Shown here piece by piece: positions 51,585-63,820 of a stretch of 64,000 nucleotides of DNA; the first letter of the stretch is position 1, and the number at the start of each line of letters is the position of its first letter. Location of the stretch: contig NC_087447.1 of assembly GCF_036321535.1 (NCBI RefSeq), forward strand, positions 38,566,001-38,630,000, given 5' to 3'. A program made the position numbers and the translations under genes. The DNA is from Camelus dromedarius. Lineage: Eukaryota. A model generated the notes under the pieces. That model was not told the DNA's origin and searched no databases. It saw only the letters and a program-made list of their open reading frames with translations.

Positions 51585-53820
51585 AATAGGGGTCCAATTT
51601 CTTTCATGACTATAGATGCAGAAACCTCAAACAAAGTATTAGCAAATTCTATACCCAGGTACTTAGAAAAATGATACCATATCACAACCACATAGGGTTT
51701 ATTCCAGGGATACAGGGGTGGCTTAATATTCAAAATTTAATCAATATAATTCATTATATTAACAGAAAAAAAAGAAAAATATACGAATATCTTCATAGAT
51801 ACAGAAGCATTTGATTACATTTGGTATCCATTCATGAGAAATAAAAATCTCAGCAACTTTATCTGATAAAAATATATACAAAAAAGACATGGCAAAAGTA
51901 ATACTTAATAATGAGACATTAGAAGTTTTCTCCACAAGATTAGGAACAAGGCAAGAATGTCCACTATCTACCCAAAATTGAACTGGAGGCAGTTGCCAGT
52001 ACAGTAAGGCAAGAAAGAGAAATAGAAGGCATAAGGATTGGAAAGGAACCGTTGACAGAAGATATAGTTGTGTATGTAAAATTTTCAAAATAATCTACAT
52101 ATAAACAGAATTAATAAGTGCATTTAGCAAGGTCTCTGGATATTAGTTCAATATACAAAATCAATTTAATTTCTATATATCAGTTACAAAAAATGAATTT
52201 TCTAAAAGCTATATTTACAGTATCATAAAATATCTAAAAATAAATCTAGTGAAAAATGAGCAAGAGCTCTTCACCACAGGAAGCTATAAAAAATTGAGTG
52301 AACTTAGAGTAAATCTAAATAAATAGAGCAATAAAACATTCATTTAATTAGAAGAGTCAATAATGCAAAGTTGTCATAGCTTCCTTAATGTGTCCATAAA
52401 TTCAACATGAACCCCAAAAAAATACTAGCAGGTTTTTAAAAAATGAAAATTAAAATGAAAATTGAAATCATGAGTCTAAAATTTATGCAAAGAAACTAAA
52501 ACAGCCAAAATAATCTTGAAGAAGAACAAAGCTGGAGAACTAACACTTCCAAACATAAAGGATAGACAAACAGATCAATGAACAGAATGACAGAATACAG
52601 AGTCCAGAAATAGACCTACAGATATACAGTCACTTAATATATGACAAAGGTAACACCAATATGGAAAGGAAAGACTGAGCAGTCCAATAAATGATTCTGG
52701 GGGGGGGAAAGAATCTTGACCCCTACCTCACACCATACACAAATTCAATTATAGACCTCCTTAACATCTAGACATGAAAAGTAAAAACAATAAAGCTTTT
52801 AGAAGGCAACATAGAATAAAATCTTCATGACTTTGACGTAGGCAAAGATTTCTTAAATGAGACACAAAGAGTGCTAACCATGAAGGGAAAAGATCATTTG
52901 GATTACATTAAAATTAAAATCTTCTGTTGATCAAACGATTAGGAAATTAAGAAGGCAAGCCACAGAATGTATTACATATACTTGACAAAGGACTCATGTC
53001 TATAATGTATACAAAATCCCTACATACCAATAAGAAAAAGGCAGATGACTCAATAGAAAAAAGTGGTCAAAAGACCTTAATAGGCACTTCAGATTATCCA
53101 AATGACCAATAATAACATAGTAGTCTAAATCAAAGAAATTCAAATTCAAATCACACTGTGATATCACTACACATACACCAGGTAGCTAAAATAAAAAAGA
53201 CCAACAATATCAAGTGTTGACCAAGATAATAGGTTCACCAGACCTCTCTTGTGGAAAATTGTTTAACAGAATTTACTAAAGCTGGGCTACATATCTTATG
53301 ACCCAGTAATTCTACTCCAACAGAAATATATACATATACCAGAAGACATGCACTTGAATGCTTACACAGCACTATTCGTAATAGTTCTAAATTAGAAGCT
53401 ACGCAAATGCTCATCCATAATAAGATGGAAAGATGAAATGTAGTATATTCATGCAATGGAATATTACCCAGCCATGAGAAGGAACAAACCAACATTACAC
53501 AACACCATATAGATGAATCTCACAAACTACAAAGCTAAACAGAATAAGCCAGACACACTGTAAAATTCTTTTTATAAAAAGTTTTAAAACAGGCAAAATT
53601 AATTTATGATATAAGTCAAGATGGTGGTTGCCCTTTCTCAGTGGAGGACTGACTGAAAGAGGATAAAAAGGATGCTCCTGGAATCCTATAATTTTTTAAT
53701 TTTTATACTGATAACATGAATGTGTTCAAAGAAATGGGAAACTGTGACCTATACACTTAGGATTTACACACTTTTCTGTATGTACGTTAATATTTCAATA
53801 CAAAATCCACTTTTAAAAAA
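51585..53820 (+). mobile_element. Old L1 (L1MC/ME-like) ORF2-to-3' end remnant, about 2.2 kb
   Basis: atagatgcagaaacctcaaacaaagtattagcaaatt, gggtttattccagggatacagggg, gagtccagaaatagaccta, gtaggcaaagatttcttaa; many internal deletions. Confidence 0.92.
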
Positions 53821-54199
53821 ACAAAATGTGAAGGTAGAAGCAGTGTTATCTTTCTTTCCTTGTCTCTCAGGGCTCATTCTGGACTACCCCAGGCTTGAGC
53901 TGCATTGTATGGAAACCAAAAGTTTAATTCTCATGTAATGGGGACGGTGAAAGGGAAATGACAAGCGATGCGCTGTCTGTTAGAGGTGCAGATAGGAGGT
54001 CAAAGGTTACCCCAGCACATTTTAAAGATCAGAGGTCATGTACTCTGGGCCAGGCACTCAACCTGCATGGAGTCATTAGCCAGGACTTGCAAAGCTAGTA
54101 TCTTTATTTTAGGATTTGACCTGTCAGAGAGGCAATTTAGTAGAGAAGAGAGTTTGGTTCATCTGAATACAACAAATCCTCACTGGTGACACGTTAGAT

Positions 54200-54670
54200 G
54201 CTCTAAGTCGTATACAAGGTCCTGGGGATTCTGAGCCGAACCAGACAAGGGCTCTGTCCTGTCTCGGCATATTAGGGGGATCAAACATGTAAACAATGAT
54301 AATGCAGGATGGGAATGTCATGAGAGAATAAGGCTGAAGCAGAAAGGAGGAGGGCTGCTAATCCAGACTGGGGAACTAAAAAGGGCTTTCTGAGGCAAAA
54401 GTAGGGTTTATGAGGTTTATGCTGAGAACAAAAGAGTGGCCAGCAATCAGCTAGGTGAAGGGGGTGGGTGCAGAACAGGGTGTTGCAAGCTCATGAAACA
54501 GCCTGTGCAAAGGCCTGGAGATCACAGTGAGCAGGGTGGTGTTTGGAAACACAAGATGGATGTGGAGCCAGGAGGACAAGCTGCAGAGGAACAAGAGATG
54601 AGACTGGTATGGAGCAGGTCCCAGTGAATGGAGCCCTGCTGAAGAATCTGTGTTTTAATCCAGAGTGATG
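54200..54670 (-). mobile_element. L2 remnant
   Basis: gaaaacagcctgtgcaaaggcctggag motif. Confidence 0.65.
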
Positions 54671-55737
54671 TCATTATATTCTGGATCTACCATATCTGGG
54701 ATCCATGACCTTGGGCAAGTCCCTTCCATTTTAGTAGTATAAAACTTTGTTCATCTTGCCTTCAGTACTAGCTTTTTCATCAACGTTTTTTAAAAATATA
54801 TAAAGAGGTGACTTTTTTTTAAAAAAACTTCTGAAGGCCTGCATATAGGAGGTGTACACAGGAAAGTTGGTTGACTGATGAGTGCCCAGGGCTCTGTAGA
54901 GAAGGAGGACAGTCTCTTAGCTTTATTATTTAGGAACACAAAGGTTGGCTGAGACCTACGCCCACCACCATGTGCTGGCAGCTGAGAACACTGCAAAGGC
55001 AACAGTCAGGATGGAAAATTCCCCTTTCCAAGTTCCTGAAACCTGCAGCTCAAGGAGGCAGCTGGTGGCCTATTATTCCCTGGAGCTCTGGTGAAATGGA
55101 AGAATTCTGTTTGTGCAATTCTGAGCAGGAGAAGTCTATTTTCTCTTGATGAGGAGGGATAATTTACGACTAGAGGGATATTTCCTTAGTGTTGTTGGAG
55201 GTTTTTTCCTAAACTTTTTAGAGATTAAATTATTGCAATAAGATGGCAGCAGGAATTCCCCTGATTTGATAAGGTCTGACTTCCTAGTGTTTCTTTGGAG
55301 GGAATAAAGGGTTAATTTATTCATTGCTCGAACAAGTTGCAAGGGTGCTGTCAGAATCAAGACCAGACCAGGCAGGTGAGCTTAAAGATGAGACAGAGAG
55401 ACCAGGAGGGCAGATGAGTGGGCAGGTCAAGGACTTCCCGGTGGTAGGAGACCCGGGACACTGGGCATCAGGCAGGTCTGGCAGCAGTAAGAGGCAGAAT
55501 TTCAGGGCTTGGAAGGATTGGTAGGAACAAGGGAGGGATCTCATCCCTGGAAGAAAAACACAGAGCTTCCACGTGGGTCTCACTGGGGAGCAAGGCAACA
55601 TTAAGGGCAACATTACTGTTTGCTGGACAGTAGTCAGTCCTTAGATAACTATGGAATCAATGAATGCCAATGATTGAGACCCAATTATGAGGCCTGGGAT
55701 CCAAGGCAAGAAGTTGATCACAAAAAAATGAATTATA

Positions 55738-56077
55738 GGTTGAGCCAAGATGGCTGATTAGAGAGACTCACAGCTCGCCCTCTCCCACAAATACACCAAG
55801 AATTACATCTACAAACCCAGTGAATCACACAGAACACCTACTGAACTCTGGCAGTGTCTCTCACTTCGAAATACAGGCGGATTCTCACAAAATTCAATAA
55901 ACAACAAGTTTATACTGTATAGCACAGGGAACTATATTCAGTATCTTGTAGTAACTTATGGTGAAAAAGAATATGAAAATGAATATATGTATGTTCTTAT
56001 ATGACTGAAGTATTGTGCTGTACACCAGAAGTTGACACAACATTGTAAACTGACTATACTTTAATAAAAATACATTT
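55738..56077 (+). mobile_element. Internally deleted young L1: 5' UTR start fused to 3' tail
   Basis: ccaagatggc..gctcgccctctcccacaaatacacc..cacagaacacctactgaac then aacaacaagtttatactgtatagcacagggaac..tgactatactttaataaaaa; TSD aaaatgaattata / aaaatgaattaca. Confidence 0.85.
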
Positions 56078-56090
56078 AAAATGAATTACA

Positions 56091-56335
56091 ATAATAACTA
56101 ACAATTATATAACACTTAACATATGCCAGGCACTCTTCTAAGGTCCTTACGTTTATTAATTCACTTCATCCTCACAACAATCCTATGAAATTGGCATTGT
56201 TATCATCTTCATTTTATAGAAGAGAAAACTGAGGCACAGAGAGGTTAATCAAGTGACTTGCCTAACATCTCACAGACAGTAAGTAGTGAAGGCAGGATTT
56301 GGTCTGGCTCCAGAGTCTACATGCTTAACCATTAG
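56091..56335 (-). mobile_element. MIR SINE (near full length)
   Basis: tgccaggcactcttctaag..atcctcacaacaatcctatga..gaaaactgaggcacagagaggttaa. Confidence 0.9.
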
Positions 56336-56410
56336 GTATGATGACCTTGGACAATGATCGGTGGCTAAGCTCTTCCAAAATTCTTCCAACAAGGAAAATC
56401 ACTGGTTCTA

Positions 56411-56491
56411 TCTGTATTTTCTGCTCAATTCTGTTGTGAACCTGAAACTGCTCTAAAAGAATAAAGTCTATTTAAAAAGAAAAAAGAAAAT
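56411..56491 (+). mobile_element. Extremely truncated L1 (L1MB-type) 3' tip with 16-bp TSD
   Basis: tctgtattttctgctcaatt..gtgaacctgaaactgctctaaaagaataaagtctattt plus A-tail; TSD aaaatcactggttcta / aaaatcactagttcta. Confidence 0.85.
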
Positions 56492-57048
56492 AAAATCACT
56501 AGTTCTAGAACCCAGGGGCTGGGCTGAGTCTTAAGGAGGCCCAAAGGCCTTCAGCAGGCTCACTTTTCAGGAGCACTTTTGTCTGTAAGTCCTATTTGTT
56601 GTGAATTACTCTCCAAGTATATAATTTCTGGTAGCTGTGATTAGCAAATCTAAGACCTTGGCCTGCCAGCTCCTTGCTTTTTGCTTTTTTCTGCAAGTTT
56701 TGGCCCAGCAGCCACCAGGATGGGGAGCCGATTTCTTGCTTTGGCTGATGAAAATATCTGACTGACAACTTCTCATTTGGTGCCTCTGGCACAGAAGTGG
56801 TGTGAGCCATGTTCCAAGTGTTGTGTGTTAAGAACTCGAACTGACATCACAATTCTATTCACTTGTTTCCATGCCCTTTGGTTGAAAATCCATGTCACTT
56901 TGTCAACCCAAATAAGCATTTCAAAACAGAGCTAAGATGTTATTCTAATCAGTGTAGCCTCAGTCAGTACTAATGAAGAATAAGACCCACATATGTTGGG
57001 TTGAAGAGGCATTTTACTGTTTTATTTCCAATGTGAAACCCAAGAATC

Positions 57049-57232
57049 CTTGCAAATTGGGAGGATGTTTGGCAGGAATGCAGTGGCTGGCACAAAACAG
57101 GCAGCAATGCCAGTCATGATCATGAACAGTCAGCCTTATTTGGCATAAACAGTTCTTCAAGGTATATTTTCAACTCATTGTTTGGAAAACTTAAGCACGT
57201 AAATGCTGTTAGCTTTAGAGGAGTTTTGTGTG
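57049..57232 (+). repeat. Dispersed duplication, copy 1 (partner at 61059-61245)
   Basis: Manual alignment; 29-bp identical run at 57167-57195. Confidence 0.9.
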
Positions 57233-59439
57233 TACAATTCTGATAAGTTCATTAAGATTTTTAGAACATAGACATTCCCCCTTCCTATGATTGTCTTAAG
57301 TAGCTAGAATACTTTCTTGAAAGTGGAAAAGACTTCTTACAGTAAGCCCACTGAAAAACATGCATTGACCACTAATTCCCTATCAAATACTATGCTGGAG
57401 CTAAGGATAGAGTGATGGTCCCAATTAATTCCAATGCCTTTCTTTGAGGTCTCTCACAAACCATTACAGAAGGTGAAGAAAAAGCAAAGAGGACACAGGA
57501 AATTGAAGGTGAGGAAAAAGATCATACAGGAAGTTTGTCCAATGTTATTTCTGATATTCACAGTACCTTGAAAGTGCTAATTATAATTGCATGTCCCATA
57601 GTTGAAGATATGAGAGATTTTTTTCCCCAGATCTTATAGATTAAAGGAAGCAGGATGCATTTAACCAAGATAGATTTTAGAGTGGGTTTAGATTCTGCCC
57701 TATGTGGCATTCATTACAAGGGGTGGGGTGGACCCCAGGAGGCTAGTTTATCCACCTGATACTCACACAGGTCTACTGTTTTGCACAGGCTGAGAGATGG
57801 TGGTATAGTTATGAACAAGACATTGTCCCTGCCCTCAGAGAACTGAGACTCTAGTGTAAGAAACAGATTGATAAATAATTTTTGCCAATTAGGATCTGTT
57901 CCATGATGTAGGAGTAGACAGAATGTTGGAGCCCAAAGGAGAAGATAAGTCTTGCCTCTGTCTTTGAGATGGAAGACAGCACTGTCCTTCCTGTCTATGG
58001 AGAAAAGAAAATTGTTCCTATTTTTAGACTCTCAGAAGAGGTCAGTTTCTATTACCTACCACGAGCCAGGCAGTTTGCTGGGCACTGGATGTACTGCAAT
58101 AAGCAATGGGTAGCCACAGTTCCTGGACACTATCCATTAGAGGGGAAGACAGCTAATTTATTTAAACAAATAATTACAGGGCAGCTTCATTTTATGTGGA
58201 TGTGAATTTGGGGCATAGAAATATATACATAGATTAATAAAAAAATATAAAAATAGTACTAAAGTCCAGCTGGACACAAAACGTAAAACAATGTAAATCC
58301 CCCCTCTCCCAGATTAAAAAGAATTGTCAAGAATCATAATTTCAGAGTTGGTGACTGAGTGAGTTTTAAACTGTTTATGTGACTGGTACACAGCTGTACC
58401 ATTTCATAGCTGGTTTTAAAAAGCAGTCTTAATCCTTTGTTAGGATTAAGCTTGAATTCTGTAAAACTTTAAATTAGATGCATATCTAGAGGAACATGAC
58501 CCTAAGGAAACCTGCAGCAGTCCTACTAAACCATAAATAGCTGGAAGGGTACAAAGGGTTGTAAAGGGGCTTTGAGAACCAGACCCAGTCCAGGGAGGGG
58601 TATCAGGAGAGACTTCCTTGAAGAAGCGATGGTTTAGGCTGAAACAAAAAGGCTGATAAGACTTGGCCTGGCGAAGACAGAAGGGGCCAGACTCAGCTCA
58701 ACAACGAAGTTGATTTCCTTATCTCATCCCAGCTTCGCTTCTTCTCTAATTGGTTGTTACCCAGGTCCTAGAAGAATTTGAGGCAGATTCCACGTATGAA
58801 TTGCTTATGTGGACTTGGGGAGGTTGGAGGAAGGGAGAGAAACCAAGTAAAACTGATCTGGGCCAACAGAAACCCCAGAGCACATAAATCCCAAACTCTG
58901 TTTACTTCCCTTAGCTGATTTACAAAAATACAAGGCAGTAAATACTAACTTACAATTAAAATTAGCTGACTAGTTCCATGTGTTTGCCTGGCTGATTGTG
59001 AAATGTATGTTTGTTATTAAATTCCTTTCTGAGGGGGAAGAAGTCACAAATGCGAACACTCTTTCTTCATTGACAGTTAGGCTGTCTGTAGAATGAGGTC
59101 TTTTGTAAAGTGTCTTTTAATCTTAAAATTGGGGCCATGCATCTTTAGCAGTGTTTGTAAAGTTAGGAATGATAAAATATACCTGAAACTCAGCCCTCTG
59201 TCCATTTAGGACATGAAGGAAATTCAGTGCATTCTCACTGGGTCACGGAAGCCAATCTGATGAGAGGACTTGCCCAAGATCAGAGCTAAATTCTGATTTA
59301 AAGGTTGAGAATTTGGGTGGGTATAACGACAAGGCTAGAAATAAGCACACTACAGTTGTAACCAACACAGCTTTTGCTGTGTGTCTGGTACTAAGCTAAG
59401 ACCCATTTAATAATTTTCTCATTTTAAAGGAAAAGATGG

Positions 59440-59790
59440 GTAACATTCTGTATGCTCTCACTATCTATCAAGTCTGTTTCAAGAACTGTAAGAGGATTAA
59501 CTCATCTAACCTTCCAGTAACCCAGTTTTGTAGGTTTTGGTTTTATCAGGCAAAATCAGAGCTCAAAAAAGGTCAGTTGGTGTCTTTTTCAAGGTCTTAT
59601 GACTAGTAAAGGAAGGAACTTAGCTTTGAACCCAAGCCGTCCTCAAAGCAGCTTCATGAGGTAGGGGCTTTGATTACCCCAGCTTTGTAGATAAGGAGAC
59701 TGAGGCACAGAGGTTAAGCAACTTTCAAAAGGCCCTATAGTAAGTCTCAGATTCATGACTTCACATTGGATCTGACTTCCAAGTTCACAA
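59440..59790 (-). mobile_element. Two adjacent MIR remnants
   Basis: tagataaggagactgaggcacagaggttaagcaact; ttcaaggtc..tttgaacccaag. Confidence 0.7.
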
Positions 59791-61058
59791 TCATTGAGGC
59801 TGTCTGTGTATGTACTGCCTTTCTGCAGAGTGCTCACCATTGGCCATTCTTTTCCTCTTGGGGCAAGAGAAACCTAGACTATAGTTTCTCTCACATCAGA
59901 GAAGTGCTCCCTTTCAGCTCTCAAATGACTATTATTTGGTGTTGAGATTTGCTTTCTCCCACCTTGCTACTTAAACATATTTTTCTGGCTTTTAGCCTCC
60001 ACTTTAAAAGCGAACCCTCTTTTGTTGTTGTTGTTGTTGAGCCCACCTTCAGATGACAGATAGAAGTTTAAGACGGAGGCAGAATTAGCCCAAGAGCTGG
60101 GTAGCCACTCAGGTCTGCAGGCAAGAAATGTTTACCTAAAAATTTTGTCAAAGGACCAAGGACGGAACCAGAGACTTGAGAAGCAAAGCCAAATGAATCC
60201 ATGTCCGCTGTGGTAGGGACAGCCGGACAGATGTATAGCTCTCTTCAAAGGTTGCTTAGGGACCCAATAACAGCTGAAAAGACTGTGTCCTGAATCTTAA
60301 TGTGGGTGGGCGGATAAAGGAACATTCTTCCTCTTCCTCCTCTTGGTTTTCCCAGGCTATGTGAAACAAAGCAAATGCCATTTGCATTCAATGACTGAAA
60401 GCCACTCACATCTGTAAACACTAACTGTCCCAGGCAGCACCACCCTCTAGAAAGCTTCTTAGCCCTATTTTGAGGAGCCAGATGTGAAGAGAAAGCCTTT
60501 TGCTTTCCATTGTTCTTTCCACTTGAGCAGCAAGACCCTGGGAAGCTCCATGTGCGGGGAAAACATGGCACGTTCTACTCTTAAATTGAACCAAGCTTAT
60601 TATGTTAGAGAGAGTTTAATTAAACTCTTGATGGAGGTTGTGAAAAAGTTTAGCTTCCTCCCAAGCCTTTCTTCTTGTGTTCTCTGCAGGTAGCGCACAC
60701 TTTTCCTTCCAGTGGAAGGTCATTAGGACTGTATGAATATGCAGAGACTGGAAGTTTCCAAGATGTTCTGGGGGCACTGACTCACAACTTTCAATTTAAT
60801 CAATCAACTCAGCGGTCTAGTAAAGGGATTACAACTATACTATTCCCTGATCACAGGCGATTGGCTTTACTGCAGGGCCGCACGTATTAATCCTTTCACT
60901 AAAATAAGGCAGGGCTGCCTGTGTTGTTATTTTTCTATACCCTTTGTCCTCTTATATGTTTGTTCTTTCATTCTGAATTTAACTGAGACTAGGAAAAAGC
61001 TGCAAGTATGTCTTTGTCCTCATGCTTCACTTCCAGCCCAAAACAGTAGAGTAGAGTA

Positions 61059-61245
61059 CTTGCAAACTGGGAGGGATGTTTGCCAGGACGGTTGTGCCTG
61101 GCACAGACCTTTGCAGAAACTCCTCTTGTGATTATAAATAGTTGGTCTCTCTTGGCATAAACAATTCTTAAGGGTATATTTTTCAACTCATTGTTTGGAA
61201 AACTTAAGTACATAAATGCCATTAGCTTTAGCAGAGTTTTGTGTG
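61059..61245 (+). repeat. Dispersed duplication, copy 2 (partner at 57049-57232)
   Basis: Manual alignment; 29-bp identical run at 61180-61208. Confidence 0.9.
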
Positions 61246-61699
61246 CAAAGTCCTGGGTAACCATACATAATGCTGTTGCTTAATGGCCTTTGTATATTCC
61301 CTCTCCTGCAATTTCATAAAGCTTTTTGGAGTTTAGAAAATTTTCATGCAAAGGGATAATTAAGTCTTTATTATTAAAGTATGCCTTTCTTGGGATCATA
61401 ACACAGGAACTGGCAAACAGGTTGGAAGGAAATAGTAAGTGAAAATGCATGGGTTGGTGTCGATGCTTAAATGTTAATCACATCCATTCTGCCAAGGAAA
61501 CTGGTAGCATTAGAGCTTACATAATAACTGATCCATGACTTGCCAATGAATCCAATCTTTCTTCCTCCTCAAATCAGTTCAAAACAGGTGACTACTGAAG
61601 CTACATGAATGAGATGCAGGAACCATGGGCTCTTTAAACTGCCAGCCAGCAGGAGTAAATGGCAAGCAAGTTATCAATAAATTAACTTACTCTTTCAGT

Positions 61700-61880
61700 G
61701 GTAATGGGACTTTACCTTGATAGATAAAAGGAAAGTAATACTTTATATAATGTATATATTTTAATCTGTAAGATAAACTTATTGGAAGTGGAATTGCTGG
61801 TACAAGGGCATTTGCATTTTTATATTTTATAGACATCTGCAAATTATTCTTATACCAGTACAAAACTTTTACCAATTTTA
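61700..61880 (-). mobile_element. Old L1 (L1ME-like) fragment
   Basis: gaagtggaattgctggtacaagggcatttgcattttt. Confidence 0.6.
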
Positions 61881-62049
61881 TAATATATCATTTTGAATGG
61901 TCAATCCAGTATTGGCATGCCTTATTTAAGAGTGGATAGGCTCAAGAAATACAGTTTGTTGATTTCCAGGAGGTAGGCAGAACCAGAGGCTATGACCCTT
62001 TCAGTTTCAAGTCCATTTAAATGCCAATAAAATAGTCTGAAGCAAAGGT

Positions 62050-63820
62050 TTCAGGAATAGCATTCATAATCATCATAAGAAACTCAAGGAAGAATGATTA
62101 AAAAAAGAAGAGTGATTTTGAACTACTAAGAATGTCTGGCAATATGAAAGAAGACATATGAATTAAGAACCTGGGTGCGGGTGAGGTGGGGTTAGAGGCT
62201 ATGGAATCAGTAAACCATGAAATGAAAGATAAACAAAACAGGATTTAGAGAATAGTTGCAATCTATTTTTGAAATGTGGAAGAAAGACATTATACCTATT
62301 TCAGAAGCGTTCATTATTAGGGGAGGGGTGAGAAGAAGTCAACAATGATAATATAGATAAAATGTGGAATTGGATGCTATTGGAAACTAAACAGAGACAG
62401 TGAACTAGGGGGAAATACGTAAAGCAAGAAAGAAATATGAAAAGATGAAGATGAACCTAGAGAATGGAGCACTCTGGGAGAGACAGGACTTGCCAAAGAA
62501 AGAGAAGGAATAAAGAGAAATAAACTGAGCACATGCCTACACACAGTGGATGCTCTGAATAGATTTGTGGGATGAATAAGCAAACAACAATGAACCAAAA
62601 AATCAAAGATTAAAAAAAAAGATCCATTAGAAGAAAAATGTCACCACAAATAAAATAGTTGAAGGTATAAATAAGCCCTATTTAAGATACCATCTACATC
62701 TAAAAAATGAGATCATCATGCATAATCAAATATCTTATTTTATTTTATCTACAAGAGAAAAAGAGAAGATTTCATGTAAAGGTATAGAACTCCTAAGCAA
62801 ATAAGGACTACGTTTTCTGTCACTGTAATGGAAAATCATGTACAAACCAAAAGCAGAGTTACAAGGTGTATAATTTAGGTTTTAATTCGAGCAAGCTGTT
62901 ATCCAAATACAAAAACTTTCACAAATTTTTTCGTTTTAAGTAACTTAATCCCAGAAAATAAATTTAATCATCCACTAATGAGCAACTTTTGGCATCAAAG
63001 GTTACTTCAAAAAGAAACCTGATCTCTTAAGATAGACCTGAAAAAAATGACGCTGTTAAAATAGTAAGAAATCCTAAATCAGTGAGTATCTATTGAAGAG
63101 ATAAGTACAGAAGAACAATAATTGGGAAGAATTATTTGTGATATGAGTTGGGGATTAGGAGAACGGTTACAATAAAAAGCAAATTAAAATAAATTGAGTA
63201 GTAATTCAAATCAATGGAGAATGAATGTGAGAAGAGCTGAGAAAAATAAAAAACAGAAAAGGTTTCCCATAAAAGTTAATCAAAAGATAATATTCTAATA
63301 AGATATAGATGCATTGATAAAGTAGAATATCCTTGATGCTTATTTTATGTTGATAGCTACTTGAATTAAAAAGAAGATTGTTGCCAAAGGGAATGAAAAT
63401 AAACAAAAACAAAACCAAGCAAATGCATTGTCTATATAGCATGAAGAAAATCTAGAAAAAAATTAATTATAGAAATCGAGAGGTAAAAAGTAGAATGGCA
63501 GAACATAAACTGAATAGGACTGAAATAAATGTAAGTTTAAACAATCCTGTGGAAAGTGAAACAAAACAAAACAAAGAAACAAACAACCCCCTCCAAAAAA
63601 AGAAGAAAAGCCCCCACCACAATCACCATCACCACCACAAAACACTTCCACTAGGATTAATGCAATAATTTACTGGGGAACATTTGAAAAGGCTTACAAA
63701 GTCTACAAATAAGAAAAAATAAATTTAAAAAATACTAAAAAGATAAATTAATTAAAGTGAAGGAAAAGAAGGTAGGCTATCCAATACAGTTTAATTTAAG
63801 GCAAACATTATTAAAGGAAG
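62050..63820 (+). mobile_element. Heavily decayed A-rich L1/HAL1-like remnant
   Basis: Strong A-skew with L1-like motifs (aacatttgaaaaggc, gcattgtctatata); family not resolved. Confidence 0.4.

Noticed and set aside
57115..57245. Duplicated element as a C/D-box snoRNA
   Set aside because: Box-like motifs (atgatca..ctga) are imperfect, lie antisense to the host gene and are not kept in copy 2
60989..61264. 91-aa ORF across duplication copy 2 as a coding exon
   Set aside because: Copy 1 differs by a 1-bp indel in the core and shows no matching ORF; no protein similarity recognised
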